Origin: Acidobacteriota bacterium
GTDB lineage: Bacteria; Acidobacteriota; Thermoanaerobaculia; Thermoanaerobaculales; Thermoanaerobaculaceae
Assembly: GCA_016213675.1 (NCBI GenBank)
Contig: JACQZW010000034.1
Location: 143,403 to 207,402 of the forward strand
Direction: 5' to 3'
DNA: 64,000 nucleotides
This document shows, in pieces, positions 47,431 to 55,567 of this stretch (positions are counted from its first letter, which is position 1; each line of letters opens with the position of its first letter). Under the pieces are notes generated by a model. The model did no database searches. It was not told the DNA's origin and saw nothing but the letters and a program-made list of their open reading frames with translations. Made by a program: the position numbers and the translations under genes.

Positions 47431-48852
47431 ATGGCAAGGGTCGCTTCGATCACATCGGTGGCGGTCATGGTGGCCGCCGTCGCCGGCGCCAACTTCTGCG
47501 CCCGCGACAACGTGCCTTCGGCCACGTTGCTCTTCCCGTTCATCGCCGTCGACCTGGACGTCGCCGGGGTGCCCGACTCGACCGGCGAGACCACCATCTC
47601 GCGGATCACCAACGCGTCGCGCCAGGCCGTCGTCGTCCACGTCACGGTGTGGGACGTCGAGGGAACCCCGCACGCGGTCTTCAACGAGATCCTGTCGGGC
47701 TACGACGTCCTGCAGATCAACTGGCGCGACTTCCTGAACGGGCGGTTCGACCTGTTCGACACGGCCCGGACGGACTTCACGGCGCCGTCGCCGTACACGC
47801 TCAACCCGTTCGAGTGGGGACCGGACAACCGTTGTCCTTGGGCCGACCAGGGTTGCGTTGACGCCTTCGCTGCTCCTGAAAGTCGCAGCACGGTTCCCGC
47901 TGCGAACTGCCCGGCCACACCGCCGTACGGAAACAGACCCGACCTCGCGCCTCTTCTCCGCACGCTGCTGTCCGGCTCGCTGCTGGCGCGGGACCACGGC
48001 GGCTGTTCCGAGTTGGGATACCTCCGGTCTGTCCGACTGGGACTGTGGGAGGTCGTTCGGACAACTGCGCTGACGTTCTACGCCACGGTCGACGTGGTCG
48101 CGGGTTGCACCGAGCTGTTCCCGTCCGAGGCCGGCTACTTCGAGGGCGTCGCGCGCAACGACAACGTGCTGTTCGGCGAGGTGATCTACCTCGACGCGCG
48201 GCGCAACTTCTCGGAGATGATGCCGGCGGTGCACGTCGAGGCGGCGGGTGGGGCAGGCGGCGGCCCTTCTGTGACCGGGTTCTACGAGGAGCGGACCGGC
48301 GGGGTCGAGACGTACCGCGAGCCCCTCGCCACGGCATTCGGGTTCTCCTACGCCAACGACACGGCCGCGGGCATCACCTCCGAGGCGATCGTGTGGAAGA
48401 ACCGCGCCGAGTTCGCCGGCGAGCCAGATCCGATCACCGGGGCCCAGCCGATCTGCGACCTCGGGTCGTACGTCTACTACGCCTGGGACATGGACGAGCG
48501 GTCGCTCGCCTCGCGCGTTCCGATTTCCGAGCCGTTCAACCCGACCGACCCGAACCAACTCCCGTTCTTCACCCAGCGGGTCCCGTTGATCAACAACTAC
48601 TTCGACCTCCCCGGCGCCTACGGCTGGATGCTGTTGGTTTTCCCGCCGTCGTACGACCGTCCATTCCCCGACCGCACTCCGGACCCCTACGGCTACCTCG
48701 ACCACCCGACGATGGGCTGGGCGGGGCTCCACTTGGAGTGGGGCGGGTACTCGTGCGGGAGCGACGCCATCACCATGTCCAACGCGCTGTGCTTCCCGAC
48801 CCAGGTCATGCCCGGCCTCGGGACGAACGACGGCACCGCGCCGATCCGCTGA
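47431..48852 (+). CDS. Secreted Cys-containing protein of unknown function, paralog B (473 aa)
   Basis: Signal peptide (VAVMVAAVAGANFCA). Tandem duplicate of 45848-47272. Confidence 0.7.
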   Translation: MARVASITSVAVMVAAVAGANFCARDNVPSATLLFPFIAVDLDVAGVPDSTGETTISRITNASRQAVVVHVTVWDVEGTPHAVFNEILSGYDVLQINWRDFLNGRFDLFDTARTDFTAPSPYTLNPFEWGPDNRCPWADQGCVDAFAAPESRSTVPAANCPATPPYGNRPDLAPLLRTLLSGSLLARDHGGCSELGYLRSVRLGLWEVVRTTALTFYATVDVVAGCTELFPSEAGYFEGVARNDNVLFGEVIYLDARRNFSEMMPAVHVEAAGGAGGGPSVTGFYEERTGGVETYREPLATAFGFSYANDTAAGITSEAIVWKNRAEFAGEPDPITGAQPICDLGSYVYYAWDMDERSLASRVPISEPFNPTDPNQLPFFTQRVPLINNYFDLPGAYGWMLLVFPPSYDRPFPDRTPDPYGYLDHPTMGWAGLHLEWGGYSCGSDAITMSNALCFPTQVMPGLGTNDGTAPIR

Positions 48853-48886
48853 CCCCGGCCTCGCCCCCGGAGGACGCTACACTCTG

Positions 48887-48909
48887 CCCGGGCGGCCCGG
48901 CCGCCCGGG
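48887..48909. terminator. GC-rich palindrome (possible terminator or attenuator hairpin) between paralog B and the M14 peptidase gene
   Basis: cccgggcggcccggccgcccggg is almost perfectly self-complementary. No U-tract; lies 10-30 nt upstream of the peptidase ATG. Confidence 0.25.
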
Positions 48910-48917
48910 GAGGCTCG

Positions 48918-51512
48918 ATGCGCGGCGCAGGACGCTGGCTGATTCCACTGGCCGTCGGCATGGTGGCGGCGGTGTCGGCCGGCGCGGCGACGGTGCCGAG
49001 CCCGACGGAGGTCCTCGGCATCGCGGTGGGACAGGACCGCATCCTCGCCACCTACGGCGAGAGCGTCCGGGTGCTCGAGGCGCTCGCTGCCGCCAGCGAC
49101 CGGGTGCGGCTCCTCGAGGTCGGACCGACCGTGGAGGGGCGGGCGATGCGGGCGGTGGCGATCTCCTCGCCCGCGAACCTGGCCCGGGTCGACGACCTCA
49201 AGCGGTCGTGGGCACGCCTCGCCGACCCGCGCGGCCTGACCGACGTCGAGCGCGACGCGATCCTCGTCGCCACGCCGGCGTGTGCCCTGATCACCGCCGG
49301 GATCCACGGCAACGAGGTGGCGGGCCCGCAGGCGACGCTGCTCTTCGCCCACCGGCTGGCCGCCGCACCGCCCGGCAGCGACGCGGCGTCCTGGCTCGAG
49401 CGGACCGTGGTGCTGATCGTGCCGTCGCTCAACCCGGACGGCCAGGACGCCGTCGTCGGCTGGTACCGCAGACAGGTCGGCACCCCGTACGAGGGGTCGA
49501 ACCTGCCGGGGCTCTACCACCGCTACGCCGGCCACGACAACAACCGCGACTTCGTCTTCCTGACACAGCCCGAGAGCCGCGCGCTCAACCGCTTCGTCTA
49601 CCGCGACTGGCACCCCCAGCTCTTCCTCGACCTTCACCAGATGGGCTCGACCGGGCCGCGCCAGTTCGTCCCGCCGTTCGCCGACCCGATCGCCCCCAAC
49701 GTCCACCCGCTGGTCTGGCGCGTCACCTCGCACCTCGGGACGCTGATGTCGCTGCGTCTCGAGGAGGCCGGCCGGACCGGGGTCGTGTCGGGCTGGACGT
49801 TCGACGGCAACTGGATCGGCGGCACCCGCAACACCGGCTGGTGGAAGAACACCTTCGGCGTGCTCACCGAGACCGCCGGCGCGGCGCTCGCCACGCCGAT
49901 CGAGGTGGACGAGGGGGAGCTGCGAGCCGGCGGCAAGGGACTCGTCGACTACCGCCAGCAGGTCAATTTCCCCAACCCGTGGCCGGGCGGGTCGTGGGGG
50001 CTCGTCGAGGCCGTCGCGTACCAGCTCGACGTGATGTCCGCGTTCGTCGAGTTCGCCGCGACGCAGCGACGCGACCTGCTCCGCGACGTCAGCACGATGG
50101 CCGCCGGGGCGGTCGCACAGGGGACGCAGGCGGCGCCGTGGGCGTACCTGGTGCCGCCGGGCGACGACCCAGGGCGGAGGCGGCGCTTGGTCGACCTGTT
50201 GCTCGAGGCGGGCGTCGAGGGGTTCATCGCCCCCGAGGGGGTGAGCGCCGACGGGCTGACCTACCCGCCGGGCACGGCGGTGTTCCCCACCGCGCAGCCG
50301 CTCCGCCAGTACCTGCTCGAGGTGCTGGAGCGGCAACGCTACCCCGAGGTGGCGCCGGCGCCCGACGCCGACATCCTCCTCCCCTACGACGTCACCGCCT
50401 GGTCGATGCCGCTGGCGCTGGGGGTGAAGGTGTCGCGGGCCGAGGGCGGCCCGCCGGCCGGCAGGCTGGTGCCGCTGCGCGCCGGCGAGCTCGCCGGCGG
50501 CCGGGTCACGGCTGACGGGGCGTGGGCCGTGGTCCCGGCCGGGCAGCTCGGCGGCTTCGGGGCCGCCAACCGGGTGCTGGCCGCAAAAGGCAGGGCGTGG
50601 CGCCTGAGCGCCGGGACCGAGATCGCCGGGCGCCGGGTCGGCGCGGGCTCCTTCGTCCTCGAGGGTCTCGCGCGCGCCGAGCTCGAGGCGATCGCCGCGG
50701 ACGCCGGCGTCGACATCGCACAGGTCGGGGAACGTCCGTCCGCCGCGGTCGCGCTGAGGCCGGTGACCGTCGGTGTCTACCATCCGAATTGGGGGTCGGA
50801 GGACGCCGGCTGGCTGCGCTTCGTCCTCGAGCAGGCCGGCTTCCCGGTCGAGGTCGTCGACGGCGCGATGCTGTCCAGGGGGCTGCCGTCACGCGTCCGT
50901 GTCCTGGTCCTGCCGCCGATCGACGGGAAGCGGCTGGTCGACGGCCCCCAGCGCGGCGCGGCCGTCCAGCCGCCGCCCGAGTACCGTAAGGGGATCGGCA
51001 AGGAGGGCGTCGAGGAGGTGAAGCGGTTCTTCGCCGACGGCGGCACGGTGCTCGCGTTCGGCGGGAGCGCCGAGTGGCTCGCCGAGGCGCTGGAGCTGCC
51101 GGTTGTCAACGTGCTCAAGGGCGTCAAGCGCGACGAGTTCTTCTGCCCCGGGGCGCAGGTCCAGCTCGCCGTGGAGACGGACACGGCGCTCGGGTGGGGG
51201 ACGACGCCGGCGCCCGCAGCGATGGTCGACGACGGCTTCGCGTTCCAGACCCGGCCGACCGGCGGGGACGAGGCGCGGGTCGTCGCGGCGCGCTTCCCCG
51301 ACGGGCCTCTGCTGCTCTCCGGATTCATCCGTGGCGAGGAGAAGCTGCGACGGCGCGCGGCCGTGGTCGAGCTGCGGCGCGGCGCCAGCCGAGCCGTCCT
51401 CTACGCCTTCGCGCCCTACTTCCGCGGTCAGACCCAGGCGACGTTCCCGCTGCTGTTCAACGCCGTGCTCGAGGAGATGGCCGAGCCGTCGCCGGTCGGG
51501 TCGAAGCGATGA
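48918..51512 (+). CDS. Secreted M14-family zinc carboxypeptidase with large C-terminal extension
   Basis: Signal peptide (WLIPLAVGMVAAVSAGAA), then Zn-binding motifs (HGNE, NPDG, FLDLHQMGS). The ATG at 48918 is chosen from the 1155-aa ORF-table frame that starts inside paralog B. Confidence 0.75.
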   Translation: MRGAGRWLIPLAVGMVAAVSAGAATVPSPTEVLGIAVGQDRILATYGESVRVLEALAAASDRVRLLEVGPTVEGRAMRAVAISSPANLARVDDLKRSWARLADPRGLTDVERDAILVATPACALITAGIHGNEVAGPQATLLFAHRLAAAPPGSDAASWLERTVVLIVPSLNPDGQDAVVGWYRRQVGTPYEGSNLPGLYHRYAGHDNNRDFVFLTQPESRALNRFVYRDWHPQLFLDLHQMGSTGPRQFVPPFADPIAPNVHPLVWRVTSHLGTLMSLRLEEAGRTGVVSGWTFDGNWIGGTRNTGWWKNTFGVLTETAGAALATPIEVDEGELRAGGKGLVDYRQQVNFPNPWPGGSWGLVEAVAYQLDVMSAFVEFAATQRRDLLRDVSTMAAGAVAQGTQAAPWAYLVPPGDDPGRRRRLVDLLLEAGVEGFIAPEGVSADGLTYPPGTAVFPTAQPLRQYLLEVLERQRYPEVAPAPDADILLPYDVTAWSMPLALGVKVSRAEGGPPAGRLVPLRAGELAGGRVTADGAWAVVPAGQLGGFGAANRVLAAKGRAWRLSAGTEIAGRRVGAGSFVLEGLARAELEAIAADAGVDIAQVGERPSAAVALRPVTVGVYHPNWGSEDAGWLRFVLEQAGFPVEVVDGAMLSRGLPSRVRVLVLPPIDGKRLVDGPQRGAAVQPPPEYRKGIGKEGVEEVKRFFADGGTVLAFGGSAEWLAEALELPVVNVLKGVKRDEFFCPGAQVQLAVETDTALGWGTTPAPAAMVDDGFAFQTRPTGGDEARVVAARFPDGPLLLSGFIRGEEKLRRRAAVVELRRGASRAVLYAFAPYFRGQTQATFPLLFNAVLEEMAEPSPVGSKR

Positions 51513-51931
51513 TCGAGATCGCCCCGGGGGTCGCCCTTGCCGATTGGGAGCTGAGCTTCACGACGGCACGCAGCGGCGGGCCGGGCGGACAGAACGTCAA
51601 CAAGGTGGAGACCAAGGTCACGCTGCACTTCGACGTCGCCGCTTCACCCAGCCTGTCGGGGGAGGCACGAGTCCGCATCCGCGAGAAGCTCGCCTCGCGC
51701 ATCGGCCGCGACGGCGTGCTCCGCGTCACGAGCCAGAAGCACCGCACCCAGGGCGCCAACCGCGAGGCGGCTGTCGCGCGCTTCGTCGAGCTGGTGCGTG
51801 GGGCGCTGGCCGAGGAGCTGCCGCGGGTGCCGACCCGGCCCTCGCGCGCCGCCAGGGAGCGCCGCGTCGGCGAGAAGAAGCTCCGCGCCCGCGTCAAGCA
51901 GCAGCGTCGCGCTCCGGCCGACGAGGACTAG
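51509..51931 (+). CDS. arfB: Alternative ribosome-rescue factor ArfB (peptidyl-tRNA hydrolase, GGQ protein)
   Basis: Catalytic GGQ motif (SGGPGGQNVNKVETKV) and a basic C-terminal tail (RRVGEKKLRARVKQQRRAP). Its ATG overlaps the peptidase stop (ATGA). Confidence 0.85.
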   Translation: MIEIAPGVALADWELSFTTARSGGPGGQNVNKVETKVTLHFDVAASPSLSGEARVRIREKLASRIGRDGVLRVTSQKHRTQGANREAAVARFVELVRGALAEELPRVPTRPSRAARERRVGEKKLRARVKQQRRAPADED

Positions 51932-51946
51932 CCTCTCTCGGTCCGC

Positions 51947-52864
51947 CTACCAACTCGACGAGGAGCCCCCCCCGCCGAAGCTGCCGCCGCCGCCGGAGAA
52001 CGAGCCGCCGCCACTCGACCAGCCTCCCGAGCTCCGCCCCGCGCTGGCCGCGAACGTCGTCAGCGCCGGATGCGCCTTGAGGAAGCTCTGGCCGCCGAGC
52101 GTCTTGCCGAGCCAGAACTTGAGGAGGGGAAAGCCGAACAGCCAGGCGACGATCGGGATCCAGCCCACGGTCGGGCCGAGGAGGGCGAAGGGGAAGGCGG
52201 CGTAGAACGGCATCAGGAAGAGGTAGAGGAACCAGCTCTGGCACCCCTTGTTGATTACGGCGAGGAGGGAGAACACGCCGATCACGAGGGTGAAGATCCC
52301 CATTCCGATGAACCGCGCCGGCAGGTCGAGCTCCGGCCCGACCGACGTGCCGGGCGGGGCCTCCGCCGGGACCACGTCCTGCCCCTGGATCGTTCCGGCG
52401 ATGGCGTCGACGCCCGCCTCGATGCCGCCGGCGAAGTTGCCCGACTTGAAGTGCGGGCGGACGAGGTTGTCGAGGATCCGCTTCGTCAAGGCGTCGGTCA
52501 GCTTGGGCTCGAGGCCGTAGCCGACCTCGAGGCGCATCTTGCGGTCGTCGCGGGCGATGAGGAAGAGCACGCCGTCGTCGACGTCCTTGCGGCCGAGCTT
52601 CCACGTCTCGGCGACTCTGAGGGCGTACTCCTCGAGCACCTCGCCGTCGAGCGACGGGACGGTGAGCACGGCCACCTGGGCGCCGGTCGCCTTCTCGAGC
52701 TCGACGAGCTTGCCCTCGAGCCGGTCCTTGTCGCTCTGCTGGAGCATCCCGGCGGTGTCGTTGACGTGCCCGGCGAGGTACGGCACGTCCTTGCCGGACG
52801 CCGTCACTCCGATCGCCAGCGTGACGACCGTCAGGAGCGATGCGAAGGGTCGCGGGCCGCGCAC
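51947..52864 (-). CDS. TPM-domain (YgcG/TLP18.3/MOLO-1) phosphatase-like membrane protein
   Basis: N-terminal signal/TM, a TPM fold (VNDTAGMLQQSDKDRLEGKL...VAVLTVPSL...GVLFLIARDDRKMRLEVGYGLE), C-terminal TM helices and a Gly/Ser-rich tail (GGGSFSGGGGSFGGGGSSSSW). Confidence 0.75.
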   Translation of the reverse strand: MRGPRPFASLLTVVTLAIGVTASGKDVPYLAGHVNDTAGMLQQSDKDRLEGKLVELEKATGAQVAVLTVPSLDGEVLEEYALRVAETWKLGRKDVDDGVLFLIARDDRKMRLEVGYGLEPKLTDALTKRILDNLVRPHFKSGNFAGGIEAGVDAIAGTIQGQDVVPAEAPPGTSVGPELDLPARFIGMGIFTLVIGVFSLLAVINKGCQSWFLYLFLMPFYAAFPFALLGPTVGWIPIVAWLFGFPLLKFWLGKTLGGQSFLKAHPALTTFAASAGRSSGGWSSGGGSFSGGGGSFGGGGSSSSW

Positions 52865-52868
52865 GGCG

Positions 52869-53519
52869 TCACTCCTGACGGATGCGCAGGCGGTCGTCCA
52901 GCTCGTCCCGGTCGTCAGTGCGCCGCTCGACCTTGCGCTCGGCCAGCAGGGCGCCGCAGCGCTCGATCGCCTGGGCCAGCGCCGCGCCGGGAGTGCCCGC
53001 CCGGATGCCGGCGACGATCGCGGCGACGATGCCGTCCCACTCGCGCTGCTCGACCTTGGCGTTGATGCCGGAGTCGGCCAGGACCACCACCCGGTGCTCG
53101 AGCAGCGACAGGAAGATGAGGATCCCGGTGCGCTCGCGGGTCTTGAAAACTTCTTGCTCGAGAAAGGCTGCGCGGGCGCGCCGCTCGACCTGGTCGGCGA
53201 GCTGCGCCGACGACACGAGTCGGCGGCGGACGGCAGGCACGAGGGCGGTCAGAATCCCGCACGCGGCGCCGGCGAACGGGGGCAGGGCAATCCAGACCAG
53301 GGAGTACCCCCAGAACTGCCCGGCCTCGTGGACCAGGGCGGCGAGCAGCCCGCCGAGCAGCGCTCCGAAGGCCGCGGCCTTCCAGGTCGCCTCCGGGTAG
53401 TCGTCGGACCGGCCGACCACGTACGGGACGATCTCGCCCGATGTATGCCCCTCGGCCGCCTTGACGGCGACCTCGATCTCATGGATGTCCTGCGGCGTGA
53501 AGAAAGCTCGTGCGTCCAT
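52869..53519 (-). CDS. TPM-domain protein (second, paralogous type)
   Basis: FTPQDIHEIEVAVKAAEGHTSGEIVPYVVGRSDDY...GILIFLSLLEHRVVVLADSGI matches the TPM/Psb32-like pattern. Membrane helices in the middle. Trimmed to M17. Confidence 0.6.
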   Translation of the reverse strand: MDARAFFTPQDIHEIEVAVKAAEGHTSGEIVPYVVGRSDDYPEATWKAAAFGALLGGLLAALVHEAGQFWGYSLVWIALPPFAGAACGILTALVPAVRRRLVSSAQLADQVERRARAAFLEQEVFKTRERTGILIFLSLLEHRVVVLADSGINAKVEQREWDGIVAAIVAGIRAGTPGAALAQAIERCGALLAERKVERRTDDRDELDDRLRIRQE

Positions 53520-53718
53520 GATCGGCGCCCACCCCCAGGGCCGTAACCCGTCGTCAGTCGGGAGCATAACACGCAGTCAGGAACGCCCCGGAAGGGCCCA
53601 GACGGCGTGGTTGACAGGACGGCGGACAGGATCGACATTGAGGATATTGCGACATCATCTCGATAGTCGTGAACAGAGGGTGCCGGAGGCTTCCGGCTCC
53701 TCGGAAGGGAGAACAGCG

Positions 53719-54084
53719 ATGAGGCACGATCGTATCTTCGCGGTGGTTCTGGTCGCACTGGTGGGGGTGATGACCGCGGCCGTGGCGTTTGGCTCCGACC
53801 CGTACACGGGTACCACCCCAGGTGCCAAGTACGTCTGTACGAGCTGCAAGGTCGGCGCGGACAGCCCGGGGAAGTGCCCACTGTGCGCCAAGGAGATGAT
53901 CAAGGCCGGCACCTACATGTGCCCCGCCTGTGACACGACCTCTGACAAGCCGGGGAAGTGCGGCTGTGGCAGGGATTACGTCAAGACCGAGCTGGCGGGT
54001 AAGAAGTGCGGCGGCTGCGGCTATTACATCGCCAAGGACGCGAAGTCCTGCCCGGTCTGCGACGCGCGGGCCAAGAAGATGTAG
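53719..54084 (+). CDS. Small secreted Cys-rich protein with six CxxC motifs (putative metal-binding; uncharacterised)
   Basis: Signal peptide (IFAVVLVALVGVMTAAVAFG), then CTSC, CPLC, CPAC, CGCG, CGGCG and CPVC spaced by Lys-rich linkers. Strong GC3 bias. GGAAGGGAG RBS upstream. Confidence 0.65.
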   Translation: MRHDRIFAVVLVALVGVMTAAVAFGSDPYTGTTPGAKYVCTSCKVGADSPGKCPLCAKEMIKAGTYMCPACDTTSDKPGKCGCGRDYVKTELAGKKCGGCGYYIAKDAKSCPVCDARAKKM

Positions 54085-54204
54085 GAACGGCAGCAGGTAG
54101 ACGGGGGGAGGGGCAGGTCACCGACCCATCCGGCAAACCGTGGTCCTGCCCTTCCCCTGCCGTTCTCTCGGCCCGTGCCCTGCCGTCTTTCTGCCTGGTG
54201 CCAC

Positions 54205-54900
54205 TTAGGGCAGGGTCGTGAAGAACCTCCGCCAGCGCGGCAGGTAGTGACGCTCGGGGTCGACTGACGCCGCGACCGCGGTGGCACGGCCGAGGATGCT
54301 GTCGTGGCTGACGAACCCGAAGTAGCGGGAGTCGCCGCTCTCGTCACGGTTGTCGCCCATCAGGAAGACGTGGTCCGGCGGCACGGTGATGGGACCGAAC
54401 GACCTCATCGCCGGGACATCGGGCGTGATCATCACCGGATGGCCGCGCTCGCCGATGCGCTCGGTGGCGAACAGCCGGCGCCGGCCGTCGTCGCGCCAAC
54501 CACCCAGCGTGGCGGGGTCGAAAGGTTCGTAGGAGGCCGGTTCGTCGTTGACGTAGAGACGCTCGTTGCGCAGGGCGAGGCGGTCGCCTGCTGCGCCGAC
54601 GACACGCTTGACCAGCCGCTTGCCGTCGGCGGGGGAGTAGAGCACGACGATCTCGCCGCGCCTCGGCTCGGCCCAGCGAGCCAGTCTCCAGGTGGTGAAA
54701 GGCACCTTGAGGTCGTAGGCCAGCTTGTTGATGACGATCCGGTCGCCCTCGAGGATGGTCGGCTTCATCGATCCGGTCGGGACGTCGTTCCAGTCGGCGA
54801 TCGCCGAACGGAACGAGCCGACCACCATGACGACGACCAGGAGCGTGCGGATCCACTCCCGCCACAACCAGATCGACCACCTCTTGAGCTTCTCGTTCAT
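54205..54900 (-). CDS. lepB: Signal peptidase I
   Basis: Catalytic Ser region GSMKPTI, SPase I box D GDNRDESGDSRYFGFV, and an N-terminal TM. Trimmed to M8. Confidence 0.85.
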   Translation of the reverse strand: MNEKLKRWSIWLWREWIRTLLVVVMVVGSFRSAIADWNDVPTGSMKPTILEGDRIVINKLAYDLKVPFTTWRLARWAEPRRGEIVVLYSPADGKRLVKRVVGAAGDRLALRNERLYVNDEPASYEPFDPATLGGWRDDGRRRLFATERIGERGHPVMITPDVPAMRSFGPITVPPDHVFLMGDNRDESGDSRYFGFVSHDSILGRATAVAASVDPERHYLPRWRRFFTTLP

Positions 54901-55036
54901 CCCCTCACCTCTCGACCGCAACCAATTGTACGGACGCGCCGTGCTGCGGTTCCGCCGCTCGTGTCGTCGGGTCTATTGATCCACTCCGGTCCCGCTGGTA
55001 GATTAGGTGAGGGAGTACAGACTCCAAGCAACCACC

Positions 55037-55378
55037 ATGGCACACGACTACCCACACCGCCGCCGCTTCCCGAGGATCTCGTCGGAGCACACCGTCCTGG
55101 TGAAGAAGCTGGGCGGCGACGCGGCCGAGGCGTTCGCCAAGACACGCGTCGTCGGCCTCGGCGGCTGCATGTTCGTCAGCGCCGGGCCGGTCGGCGTGGG
55201 TTCCATCGTCGAGGTGCTCATCTCGGTGCACCTCCGGGTGGTACGAGCGCTGGTCCGGGTCGTCTACGAGATCGCCAAGGGCGACACGGAGTTCGAGGTC
55301 GGAGTCGAGTTCGTCGAGATCAGTCCGGCCGATCGGCAGATCATCGAAGCGATGCTCAAGGGCGCGACCGCGACCTGA
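55037..55378 (+). CDS. PilZ-domain protein (c-di-GMP receptor type)
   Basis: RRRFPR (RxxxR) and DAAEAFAKTRVVGLGGCMFVS (D/NxSxxG-like) motifs of PilZ domains. Confidence 0.6.
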   Translation: MAHDYPHRRRFPRISSEHTVLVKKLGGDAAEAFAKTRVVGLGGCMFVSAGPVGVGSIVEVLISVHLRVVRALVRVVYEIAKGDTEFEVGVEFVEISPADRQIIEAMLKGATAT

Positions 55379-55567
55379 ACCGGCCGACTCCAATTTCGCA
55401 CTGCACACCCGTCGAGCGAGTCGGTTGATCTTCGTGAATCCTTTCACTATCATCCCGCGGGGGCACGGGCGGGGAGCCGTGCCGGACCATGCGGGGCCGC
55501 CTCGCGGCAGGCGCCCGAGTCGTCCGAGCGGGTGCGACCGTCACTCGGGGAGAGGTCGGAGACGATG

